Source of the DNA: Gammaproteobacteria bacterium
Lineage (GTDB): Bacteria > Pseudomonadota > Gammaproteobacteria > UBA4575
Length of the DNA stretch: 64,000 nt
Reading direction: 5' to 3'
Assembly (NCBI GenBank): GCA_965221955.1
Contig: CBDCTA010000018.1
Coordinates: 160,001 to 224,000, forward strand
This document shows positions 21,118 through 30,948 of this stretch, piece by piece. Every line of letters starts with the position of its first letter. The first letter of the stretch is position 1. Made by a program: the position numbers and the translations under genes. The notes beneath the pieces were generated by a model that was given only the letters and a program-made list of their open reading frames with translations, made no database searches and was not told the DNA's origin.

Positions 21118-21648
21118 ACACAAAAAAATTATTAATCATTGAAGATGACGATGCATTCTCTTCAACATTAAGTAATGCACTGGAGAAAAAAGGTTTTACT
21201 ACATGTATTGCAGATACTATCGACAATGCGCTCGAATCTACAAACACATTCAACCCTGATTTTGCTTTACTAGACTTACGCTTGGGAAAAGATTCTGGTC
21301 TAAAAATCATTCCCAACCTTATAGAACAGAATTCAAATATAAAAATAGTAGTGTTAACAGCTTATGCCAGCATTGCTACTGCTGTTGAAGCAATCAAACT
21401 TGGTGCGATTCAATATCTAACCAAACCCACTAGTAGTGACGAAATCATTCAGGCTTTTTTTAAGAGTAATGGGGGATACCCAACAACAAATCGAATCTAA
21501 CCCCATGTCCGTTAAGCGTTTAGAATGGGAACACATACAGAAAGTTTTATGTGAAAATGAAGGCAACCTCTCTGCCACTGCACGTGCACTAGGCATGCAT
21601 AGAAGAACATTACAAAGAAAATTAGGCAAAAGACCTGCAAAGTCTTAG
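21114..21648 (+). pseudogene. regA: RegA/PrrA-family response regulator with a +1 frameshift (probably sequencing error)
   Basis: Receiver TAYASIATAVEAIKLGA in one frame; PMSVKRLEWEHIQKVL..SATARALGMHRRTLQRKL in the next; shift at T7 (21455-61) or G5 (21471-75). Confidence 0.88.
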
Positions 21649-21953
21649 CTAGAAACTACGCGCCAACCAAGCCCGCTCCTCATAAGAAGGAGAATTAGCT
21701 TCACTCAAACCGTCACTCAATACTATAAGTGTGCCACTGCATATATGTGGTGTTTATGGCCAACTTTAACTGTAAAAAAATACATAAAAAACAGCCTATT
21801 AGCATCAAAAAATGACTACACCAACCCTCTATCGACTCAACCATTACTAGGAACTTACCTCCTATATTCTTTATAGATCTCAACCCTGCCAACAAGCTTC
21901 AGGAATATTGGCTGCCGCCGATATAACCCATTAACTCAACAAGAATTTACGAA

Positions 21954-23904
21954 ATGGCAACTTCCAATCTTCCTGACAATCCACGCTTTCGCCTGGGTTT
22001 CCGCGACACCTTTCGGATCTTATGGCCTTACGGTAAACGAAAACTTTATGAGCCAGATTGAAGGAATTTGGTTTATTGTTTTTTACCTTATTATTTTCCA
22101 GCTACTCGTCTTACAGCTACCCATTGTATATGCCGCAATGATTGCCGTTGGAATATTTATTGTGGCACTTGGCTTGATGTTCTTCATGGAAGGGCTACGG
22201 CTGGGATTAATGCCACTTGGCGAAATCATTGGTAGTGTTTTACCACGTAAAAGTGGTATGCCACTTATTTTGATATTCGCTTTTTTACTCGGTGCAGGCG
22301 CAACATTTGCAGAACCTGCAATTGCAGTTCTAAAAGCAGCAGGCAGCGGAGTACGTGCTAGCGAAGCACCATTGTTATATAGCTTGCTAAATGATTTTTC
22401 TAGCCAGCTTGTAAGCAGTGTTGGTGTCGGTGTAGGACTTGCAGTGATGCTTGGCATACTTCGTTTTTTCTATGCATGGCCACTCAAGTATCTTGCCATT
22501 CCCGCAGTGATGGGATTACTTGGATTATCGTTTTATTTTAGTCAGGTACCAGCACTACGTGATGTGTTAGGCCTAGCATGGGACTGCGGCGCGGTTACAA
22601 CCGGGCCGGTTACAGTGCCTTTAGTGTTAGCACTTGGAATTGGCGTTTGTCGTGTTGTTAGCAGTGGCTCAGGCGGTGGCGGCGGACACTCAGGATTTGG
22701 AATTGTCACCCTAGCCTCTTTATTCCCAATTCTTGCCGTTTTGTTACTCGCATTATTCCATTATGCCAGTAACGACTATTATGGCGCTTCAAATTACAAA
22801 GGAAACAAAATTGTTGAGACGAAAACCGTAACTACACTCGATGATACTACATCACTTGATTCAAAACTCGAAGCCATAACAGAAGAAGAGTTTTCTACTT
22901 ACTTAAAAACAGGTGCTTTGCCAAATAGGTATGAATTAGATTTTGATGGAGGCAAAGCAGAACTCGTAGACGGAAAAATTGTTATTACAGATCCAAATCT
23001 TGTCGTGAAAAAGATTTACTCACGTGATTTTAAATTGATTAGTGAAAGCACTTGGGATGAAAATTATTCAATTTCAGATCAGTTACGGGAAGCTTTCGTT
23101 GGTGCATTACGCGCAATAATTCCTTTATGTTTATTTTTATATTTTGTCTTACGTCTAATACTGAATCAACGTTTAGATAAAGGAAATGACGTAGGAATCG
23201 GGGTTACTTTTGCACTAGTAGGAATGGCTTTATTTGGATTAGGGATTGCCCTTGGCCTCACTCCACTTGGTGGACAATTAGGAAGCAATATACCGCTTGC
23301 ATTTGCTGAAATTGTTCCATGGGGATTTGAACATGTTGAAGGACCATTGTTTGGCGATGGCCATGCAGGAAAATTAGTTGCAATAGGGTTTGCATTTTTT
23401 TTAGGCTATGGAGCAACCCTAGCAGAACCTGCTTTAAATGCATTGGGTGATACGGTTGAGCGTATAACGGTTGGCGCATTTCGCAAAAAACTTCTCATGC
23501 AAGCAGTTGCTATAGGTGTAGGTTTAGGAATTGCTGCAGGTATTGTGAAAATGGCCTACAACTTACCTTTAATTTGGATGCTAATCCCGCCATATGCCTT
23601 AGTCCTTCTTTTAACTTGGCGCGCACCAGACAGCTTCGTTAATTTTGGTTGGGATAGTGCCGGCGTAACGACTGGCCCTATAACAGTGCCTTTAGTTTTA
23701 GCCATGGGTCTTGGTGTAGGCGCAAACATACCTGGTGTAAGTGATGGATTCGGAATTCTAGCACTCGCATCTGTTGGACCGATTTTAACGGTACTATCTG
23801 TTGGACTATACACACAAAGAAATGAGAAAAAAGCTGAGAAAGAAAACTTACCTGACCCAGGAATTGAATTAGATAGCGATTCTACAGAATTAGGAACAAC
23901 ATAA
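21954..23904 (+). CDS. Tandem DUF1538 membrane protein (N-terminus joined by a +1 frameshift near 22040)
   Basis: Two repeats of AEPA...WD(C/S)(G/A)(A/G)VTTGP(V/I)TVPLVLA.G.G...GFGI; upstream ATG 21954 reads RLGFRDTFRILWPY, one frame off the main ORF. Confidence 0.8.
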
Positions 23905-23906
23905 TT

Positions 23907-25109
23907 ATGTTTAATACTAAACACGAAATATCACATATTACTGCTGTATTACCTACGAATTCAGCAGACACTGTCGTGAGCACACTTACTTCAAGAGAAG
24001 TAACTGATGTTTTAGTCTCACAAGCTCGCGGCACGTTACTTCGTGATCATTGGTGGAAGTCTTGGGTACCGCCTATTAGCCCTTCTAAAACCATGTTACA
24101 GATGGTTGTACCTGTACACGATGTTGACCGTGTTGTCGGATTAGTTATTGAAGAAGGAAAGTTAGACATGCAAGCATCTGGGGCTGTTTTTAGCACACCC
24201 TGTGAAAGTGCATACGTAGGTTCTTTGTTTCACAATTTACGCACAACTGAAACATTAGAGATCAACAATAATTCACATAAGCTTTCTGAAAATCTCTGCG
24301 CAATCTTCTGTAGCATTAGCCATGTGCAAAGCGATCGTGTAGCAAAAGCCGCAATCAATGCTGGCGCACATGGTCCAGTTGTTTATTACGCTGAAGGAAA
24401 AGGTCTACGAGACCGTCTTGGCTGGTTACGCATCACAAAAGATAGCGAACAAGAAGTTATGATGGTGCTTGCCGATAATTCCGATGTAGAGGAAATATTC
24501 ACAGCAATGGCTAAAGCTGGAGAATTTCATTTACCTGCACGTGGGTTCATGTATAGCCTACCTATCGATAAAGGCATGTTTAATTTGCCAAGTAGAATCG
24601 CTAATCCACATTACCCTGCTAATACACAGCAAATAATTCATGCCATTGACCACTTAACAGGTCATACTCATTGGCGGGATCAAGCAGTTTTCGATGTTGG
24701 TGGAGAAGGCAAAGGCACTGGTCTTAAGTTTTTACAACAAAACAAAGAATCCTTAACGAATCAAGTATGTTTCTCAGCTGTAGTAAATCGTGACCAATCA
24801 CAAGATTTTATGGATTTGATGTTGGATTCTGGCGCACCTGGTCTTAATGTTAGTTATTCACGATTTGTAGCTATGGGTGACGATGACTATGAACTCGCAC
24901 ATGCAAATGTAAATCATGAATATGCAACGATTCGTTGCATTACTAATCAAAAAACTGCTGACACAATTACACAAAAAATAGAGTCAAGTGCAGAACAAAA
25001 AGGAATTCAAGATCTTTGTGTTCTAACACATGCCGTGCCACGTATCGCAAAATATGTACCTGGTGAAAAAGATCATCGCAAAAACCCAAAATTAGCGATG
25101 GCTTCATAA
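23907..25109 (+). CDS. P-II-like regulator, apparently multi-domain
   Basis: Immediately follows DUF1538 gene; AAINAGAHG..AEGKG..EQEV..ARGFMYSLP and similar repeats. Confidence 0.6.
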   Translation: MFNTKHEISHITAVLPTNSADTVVSTLTSREVTDVLVSQARGTLLRDHWWKSWVPPISPSKTMLQMVVPVHDVDRVVGLVIEEGKLDMQASGAVFSTPCESAYVGSLFHNLRTTETLEINNNSHKLSENLCAIFCSISHVQSDRVAKAAINAGAHGPVVYYAEGKGLRDRLGWLRITKDSEQEVMMVLADNSDVEEIFTAMAKAGEFHLPARGFMYSLPIDKGMFNLPSRIANPHYPANTQQIIHAIDHLTGHTHWRDQAVFDVGGEGKGTGLKFLQQNKESLTNQVCFSAVVNRDQSQDFMDLMLDSGAPGLNVSYSRFVAMGDDDYELAHANVNHEYATIRCITNQKTADTITQKIESSAEQKGIQDLCVLTHAVPRIAKYVPGEKDHRKNPKLAMAS

Positions 25110-25115
25110 ATGCTG

Positions 25116-25141
25116 CTTTAGCTAACGCACAATAGCTAAAG
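25116..25141. terminator. Hairpin after PII-like gene, possible terminator
   Basis: CTTTAGCTA-N8-TAGCTAAAG; weak T-tract. Confidence 0.35.
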
Positions 25142-25322
25142 TACATTTCATATTTATCAGCTCATGAGATAACTAACTTATAACTTCTTATACTTCATTG
25201 ATTAACAAGCAGAATACGATACATTTTATTTTGACATATAGATTGTTATCCATGATTTAAGTAGTAGACAGAAATTTAAATATGTTAGTTTTGAATTCAA
25301 GCAAAACTTTCGATGCAATAAA

Positions 25323-25583
25323 TTAATTTAGAATCCAGTTAAAGATCGCTAAACACCAAGCAATAGATAACAATACTAGACTGACAAAAACTGCCGCTGA
25401 ACTAATATCCTTACTCGCTTAGATAACTCGTGAGATTCAGTGCTAATACGATCTACTACCACCTCAACGCATGTATTAAGCAATTCAACAATTATCACAA
25501 GAAACACTGTGAACATTACCAGACATAGAATTCAAAAAAGCACTATGAATTCTTTTAAATCCTATATTTGGAGTGGTTTCCAT
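25323..25583 (-). pseudogene. dgkA: Diacylglycerol kinase remnant (internal deletion plus frameshifts)
   Basis: Manual translation: METTPNIGFKRIHSAFLNSMSG / LVIIVELLNTCVEVVVDRISTESHELSKR / KDISSAAVFVSL..W; the EAAFRQE region is missing. Confidence 0.85.
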
Positions 25584-25610
25584 CTTTAGTGTTTTTTCGG
25601 TTTCTAATTT

Positions 25611-27557
25611 CTAATTATAAGTTTCATCTTTGTACATCATGCTTGCCCAGAGCGCATGAGCCAATGCTGTACGGCCCAGTTCATCTAAATCTTCACTAAC
25701 ATTAGGTGTAAAAAATGTATCTATATATTTACCCTTTAGAGGCATCTTTCCGGGTCTCAAAACTACTAACGAATCGCCTTCTAGATAAGCTTGATGGTCA
25801 TTGAACTGCATAATGGCTCTACCTACGTACAGTTCATCCACCATTGTCAAATCAGTACCAATCATTGGGTTATTTGAACTTACCCCAAGTAAACTAAGCA
25901 GAGTTGGTGGTAAATCAATTTGGCTTGCCACACTATTAATTATTTTTGGCTGAACATCACCGCCAAGAATTAAACCTGGTATCCGGAACCCTTCGACAGG
26001 AAAATACTTAACACTTTTTTCTAGATTATCTTGGTCAGTTTTAATAATAAAGTCTGATACCCTCTGATCGTGATCGGCCACTATTAAGAAATATGTATCT
26101 TTCCAATAGCTAGACTTTTTAGCTTTTTCTAAAAATCCCCCTAGTGCTTTATCCGCATAACGGATAGCATTTTCGCGAGACTTTATTGGATTAGTGAAAC
26201 TATCATCTAAACTGACAGGAAAATCAAAAGGCGTATGATTAGAGGTAGTTAATACAACAAGTAATTTTGGTTGATTCGTATTTTGTGTAAGATCTTGATG
26301 CATACGTTGGAAGACATCTTCATCAGACACACCCCACGAACCTATAAACTTTGGATTTTTATAATCTTTCTGCTCAATAACTTTATGGAATCCATTCCCA
26401 AGAAAAAACCCTTTCATATTATCAAAATGCGCATTACCACCATAATAAAATTGGTTTCGATAACCATATTTACGTAGCAATGAAGCCAAGGTGAAAAAGT
26501 TTGATTGAGAATTTGAAAGTTTTACTACACTGCGACCTGGTGTAGGAAGAAAACCTGTAATAACCGCTTCAATCCCGCGCACTGAACGAGTTCCGGTAGC
26601 ATATAAGTTATTAAACCACCAACCTTCATCAGCAAGCTTATTTAAATTAGGTGTTAACGCCACCCCACCCAGTCTTTCTACATACCTTGCGCCCAAACTT
26701 TCTTCGAGAATAATGACCAAGTTTTTGTATTCATTTTCAATCTCAGTATTTTCAATATTATTTATCGCATTAATATTATTTTTTATATATTCATCATTCA
26801 CATAAGTAAGTATTTCCTCTCTAGTAAGATCTCCATAAACGTCACTTGCATTAGCCTCATCTTTAAGGCGGTAAACTGCGTACAGAACAGAATAGAATGA
26901 ATTGAGCGGCAAACTGTTTACCAAAGCATCGTCAGTAAAGGCGACCATACTTGGATTGATAGGTCGGTGATCAACGCTAGAACGAATACATGCAAATATA
27001 ACAAACAATATGATGGGGAAAATCCAAATAAACCGCTTATTATGCCAAGTACTTAAATCAGTATATGTGTGCTTAACTAATCGATATAAAAATGGGATAA
27101 CTATCCCTAACACACCCAGAATTATAACCGTTGCAATTCCATACATACCCCACAACATTAATAAGACTTCTTTTGGATCTGTTAGGTATTCAAAAAACTT
27201 ACGCTCTGGTCGCACCCCATACTCAATCATGTAGAAAGGAGTAATAATCTCAATAAACACCAGCACCATTGCAATGGCAACCGTCCAATAAATGAATATG
27301 GTTTTAAAAGGCCTTTCGATTGGCTTAATAAAAGTGTGTAAAATCGAATATAAAATAATTGGTACACCAAACACATACGCCATAACCACCAGGTCTATTC
27401 GTATACCATTTAATAAAATAGACAGTAGTTGTTGGTAGCTATCCAGATGATCAGAAAAGATAGAGGTATGAACAAACCTGGCTACTGAAAGGAAGGCTAG
27501 TAATACTATGCATATATATATGTAAGGATAAATTGGCCCTAAAGCGCGTTTCCACAC
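25611..27557 (-). CDS. LTA synthase family (membrane sulfatase-like phosphoglycerol transferase)
   Basis: N-terminal TM helices, NLVIILEES, GTRSVRGIEA, TTSNHTPF, ADHD, SQIDLPPT. Confidence 0.9.
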   Translation of the reverse strand: MWKRALGPIYPYIYICIVLLAFLSVARFVHTSIFSDHLDSYQQLLSILLNGIRIDLVVMAYVFGVPIILYSILHTFIKPIERPFKTIFIYWTVAIAMVLVFIEIITPFYMIEYGVRPERKFFEYLTDPKEVLLMLWGMYGIATVIILGVLGIVIPFLYRLVKHTYTDLSTWHNKRFIWIFPIILFVIFACIRSSVDHRPINPSMVAFTDDALVNSLPLNSFYSVLYAVYRLKDEANASDVYGDLTREEILTYVNDEYIKNNINAINNIENTEIENEYKNLVIILEESLGARYVERLGGVALTPNLNKLADEGWWFNNLYATGTRSVRGIEAVITGFLPTPGRSVVKLSNSQSNFFTLASLLRKYGYRNQFYYGGNAHFDNMKGFFLGNGFHKVIEQKDYKNPKFIGSWGVSDEDVFQRMHQDLTQNTNQPKLLVVLTTSNHTPFDFPVSLDDSFTNPIKSRENAIRYADKALGGFLEKAKKSSYWKDTYFLIVADHDQRVSDFIIKTDQDNLEKSVKYFPVEGFRIPGLILGGDVQPKIINSVASQIDLPPTLLSLLGVSSNNPMIGTDLTMVDELYVGRAIMQFNDHQAYLEGDSLVVLRPGKMPLKGKYIDTFFTPNVSEDLDELGRTALAHALWASMMYKDETYN

Positions 27558-27710
27558 GAATACTTAACCTCATCACTAACGACAGAAAAATTGGTTTGTA
27601 GTCACTCATGAGCTCTAGCATTAGTGACTAGAGATAAGTGGTTGAAACTAATGAGGATAATTTATCTTTAGATGCTCTTAAGCTGCTATGTGCATGTGCC
27701 TAAATCATTA

Positions 27711-27761
27711 TAGACATATGTCTAATGTCCCTTGCACTCAAAGAGCTTTATCATTAGACAT
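27711..27761. promoter_or_regulatory. TAGACAT repeat cluster, putative operator of adjacent LuxR-type regulator
   Basis: Perfect palindrome TAGACATATGTCTA 27711-27724 plus a third TAGACAT at 27755, between divergent genes. Confidence 0.5.
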
Positions 27762-27832
27762 TAGCTCATGATCGAAAATCATCTGTTAAAAATACTCAGC
27801 CTTTTAATATTGAGAATAGGTAGATATAGAAC

Positions 27833-28378
27833 ATGACAACAGTCTCAAACAGACATGATAAAAATATAGACCTTGCTTCCCATATTGTGAAATTTCGATC
27901 TGGCAAAAAATTCAGTCTAAGTTACTTATCACTCATAGTATTAATAATTGCAGGTATTTTTTTCATAGAAGACATATATATTGATATTTTCGTTGAAGGA
28001 AAGGGATTTCCACATGTCTTTATTGAATCCGGTGTATTCATTAGCATATGTCTAGTACTGGCACTGGAAGTCAGACATGCAATCAAGCTATCTTCAACAA
28101 TTTCTAATATTCAAGATGAAATTTTTCGGCTTAAAAAACACTTAAACGAATTAATTTATGAAGAGTTTGATCGCTGGAAATTAACTAAAACAGAACAAGA
28201 TATCGCCATAATGTTAATCAAGGGTTATTCAATGCAAGAAATTGCAGAGTTAAGGGGTGTGAAAGAAAAGTCTGTGCGACAACAAGCTACGGGGATTTAT
28301 TCAAAAGCAAACTTATCAAATAGATATGAGCTTACATCTCATTTTATTGAAGATTTACTCGCAGTTCCGACAAGTTAA
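27833..28378 (+). CDS. Membrane-anchored LuxR-type HTH regulator
   Basis: Two TM helices then WKLTKTEQDIAIMLIKGYSMQEIAELRGVKEKSVRQQATGIYSKA. Confidence 0.88.
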   Translation: MTTVSNRHDKNIDLASHIVKFRSGKKFSLSYLSLIVLIIAGIFFIEDIYIDIFVEGKGFPHVFIESGVFISICLVLALEVRHAIKLSSTISNIQDEIFRLKKHLNELIYEEFDRWKLTKTEQDIAIMLIKGYSMQEIAELRGVKEKSVRQQATGIYSKANLSNRYELTSHFIEDLLAVPTS

Positions 28379-28580
28379 AAAATTCAGACTCAGCTTTTAC
28401 ACGCAAGCCTATTATAAATAAATATTGACAGACTTATGACGAACTTGTTGTGCTTTGTTATGCACACAAAAGAAATTAAACGTTGCGATCGCCCAATGTG
28501 TTTTAATAAAAACAATTACTTATTTTTGAAATCTGGATCTTTGAGTCGTACTACTGCTGGACAATAGTTGTGAATATTTA

Positions 28581-30272
28581 TCAGTTATTCATGGCATCAG
28601 TAGCAATACCAAGATAATTTTCACTTGCCATTAGTGTCGTTTCAGAAAATGTAGGATGTGGATGTATGACATGAGCTAAATCTTGCGGCGTTAAACCAAG
28701 ATCAATTGCTAAGGTAAGTTCTGTTATTAAGTCTCCCGCATTTGGACCAATGATTCCAGCTCCTAGAATTTTATCGGTTTCTGGATCAACTAATATTTTA
28801 GTCAAACCGATATTTTGACCATGGCATAATAATCGTCCGTTAATATTCCAATTTACTTTTCCAGTATTGTAATCAATATTATTTGATTTAGCTTTTTCCT
28901 CAGTTAACCCTACCCATGCGATTTCAGGGTCTGTATATACAACAGCAGGAATTGAGGGTAATCGAATGCTAGGAGAGCACCCCATGATTAGTTCTGCAAC
29001 AGCCTTCCCCTCATATACAGCCTTATGAGCTAACATAGGGCCACCTATTACATCGCCGATTGCATAAATACCTGAAACAGATGTTTGAAGATTTTCATCT
29101 ACTTCAATAAATCCGCGCTCAGTGCTTGTAATATTAATTCTTTCAATATTTAATTCGGTTGTTCGCGGTTTTCTCCCTATTGCCACTAGCACCTTATCAA
29201 CCTTCTCAAAATAATCTTTATTGGCCTTTGATATAGTTACGGCAATTCCATCCTTATCAAATTCTGCACAAGATACTTTTGATTGCAAGTAAAGATTTTC
29301 ATAGCCTTCTAGTTTCTCTTTCTCAAACGCAGATACAAGGTCAGGGTCTACTCCAAATAATATAGAACTTCCCAATTCAACTAATGTTACTCGAGACCCT
29401 AAAGCTTGATAGACACTAGCCATCTCCATACCAATAACCCCGCACCCGATTACCATTAATCGGTTCGGAATTTCTTCAATTTCAAGGGCATTATCCGATG
29501 ACATTACTTTATCATGCGTGATATCAAAGTGTTTATGCTGGATAGGATAGGAGCCTGTTGCAATTATCGCATGCTTAAATGCGACTACAGTTGTTTGCGC
29601 ATCACAGTTTATGCTTATTTTATTTTTTGACTCGAAGGAGGCACATCCTGTTAAGACAATTATATTTCGTTTACTAGCTAAATGCTTAATTCCACCTGTG
29701 AGCTTTGCAACAACTGAGTTTTTCCAGTTACGCAGCTTATGAATATCTATAGCAAAACTTTTGAAGCTAATTCCTAGCTGCGCACTATCTTCTACTTCTT
29801 GAATAACATTGGCAGCATGAAGCAAAGCTTTGGAGGGAATACACCCAACATTCAAACAAGTTCCCCCTAAGCTTGAATCTTTATTAACTAGTAAAACTTT
29901 TGCCCCAAGGTCCGCACAGCGAAATGCAGCTGTATATCCCCCGGGTCCAGCGCCTATAACAACAACATCAACATCATACGAATCTGTATTATCTGATGTA
30001 TTTACAGTTTCATTATCATTTTTTTCAGAAGAAGTAGTTTCTAGCTTTATTAACAAATGGGTTGATGTAATTACACTACCAACAATTACATTAACCAAGT
30101 TTACTACTCCTGGGTGTTCTGCTGAAATTTCCAGCGTTGTTTTTTCTCCCTCAACTACAACTAATAGATCACCTTGATTAACTACATCGCCTTTAGACAC
30201 ATGCACTTCGGTCACATCATATTCTGATGTGTCAAGTTCATCTGACACACAAACATCTATTATATTTGACAT
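28581..30272 (-). CDS. lpdA: Dihydrolipoyl dehydrogenase with N-terminal lipoyl domain
   Basis: Lipoyl domain (VEGEKTTLEI), GAGPGG, GGTCLNVGCIPSK, MLAHKA, HPHPTFSE. Confidence 0.92.
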   Translation of the reverse strand: MSNIIDVCVSDELDTSEYDVTEVHVSKGDVVNQGDLLVVVEGEKTTLEISAEHPGVVNLVNVIVGSVITSTHLLIKLETTSSEKNDNETVNTSDNTDSYDVDVVVIGAGPGGYTAAFRCADLGAKVLLVNKDSSLGGTCLNVGCIPSKALLHAANVIQEVEDSAQLGISFKSFAIDIHKLRNWKNSVVAKLTGGIKHLASKRNIIVLTGCASFESKNKISINCDAQTTVVAFKHAIIATGSYPIQHKHFDITHDKVMSSDNALEIEEIPNRLMVIGCGVIGMEMASVYQALGSRVTLVELGSSILFGVDPDLVSAFEKEKLEGYENLYLQSKVSCAEFDKDGIAVTISKANKDYFEKVDKVLVAIGRKPRTTELNIERINITSTERGFIEVDENLQTSVSGIYAIGDVIGGPMLAHKAVYEGKAVAELIMGCSPSIRLPSIPAVVYTDPEIAWVGLTEEKAKSNNIDYNTGKVNWNINGRLLCHGQNIGLTKILVDPETDKILGAGIIGPNAGDLITELTLAIDLGLTPQDLAHVIHPHPTFSETTLMASENYLGIATDAMNN

Positions 30273-30287
30273 TTATCTACACACAGA

Positions 30288-30324
30288 AAAGTCTCTCAAG
30301 ACCGCAGCAAACTTGAGAGACTTT
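30288..30324 (-). terminator. Intra-operon hairpin between osmC-like gene and lpdA
   Basis: AAAGTCTCTCAAG-N11-CTTGAGAGACTTT, 13-bp perfect stem. Confidence 0.55.
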
Positions 30325-30388
30325 ATTTAGGAGGAGTATCTACTATGAATCTGCGGATATGTTGCTTTAGTTAATTTAATATAACTCA

Positions 30389-30919
30389 CTATGCAGCATT
30401 TGATACAGAGCCGTTAATGCTGACTTCTTTATCTACCTCAACACTTCTAACCATCATATCCAGCACAGGACACTGTGCATCAACAGCATTTGCTAATTGC
30501 TCTAATGACTCTTGGTCGGCTGGACTTTCAATCGATGTTTTATAAGTAATTTTAGTAAAGCCTGGTGGAACTCCATCACCCATCCCTAATAATCCACGAA
30601 CATCAAGGTCACCCTGTAATTTCACGGAACATTTTGTTAACGGAATTCCCATAACCGAAGCCAGTGCTGCATACATTATTTCCTGACAAGTACCTAATGC
30701 TACTAATACCATCTCAACTGGGCTTGGCCCTAAATCACTGCCACCAAACGGTGGTGGCTCATCAATAGTTATCGTTGGAAATTTTCTGACATTTGCTGTG
30801 CAACGTACATCTTCTTCCCAATTTGTTGATACATCATATTTAAACTGACCAGATTTTGGGTTAGCAGTAACGCCTTCAATTATTTTTGTAACTGCATTTT
30901 TAATATCTTCTTGAGACAT
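30389..30919 (-). CDS. OsmC/Ohr-family protein
   Basis: IDEPPPFGGSDLGPSPVEMVLVALGTC and QCPV (both Cys retained). Confidence 0.9.
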   Translation of the reverse strand: MSQEDIKNAVTKIIEGVTANPKSGQFKYDVSTNWEEDVRCTANVRKFPTITIDEPPPFGGSDLGPSPVEMVLVALGTCQEIMYAALASVMGIPLTKCSVKLQGDLDVRGLLGMGDGVPPGFTKITYKTSIESPADQESLEQLANAVDAQCPVLDMMVRSVEVDKEVSINGSVSNAA

Positions 30920-30948
30920 GTCTAACTCCTGAATTATTTATATTTTAT

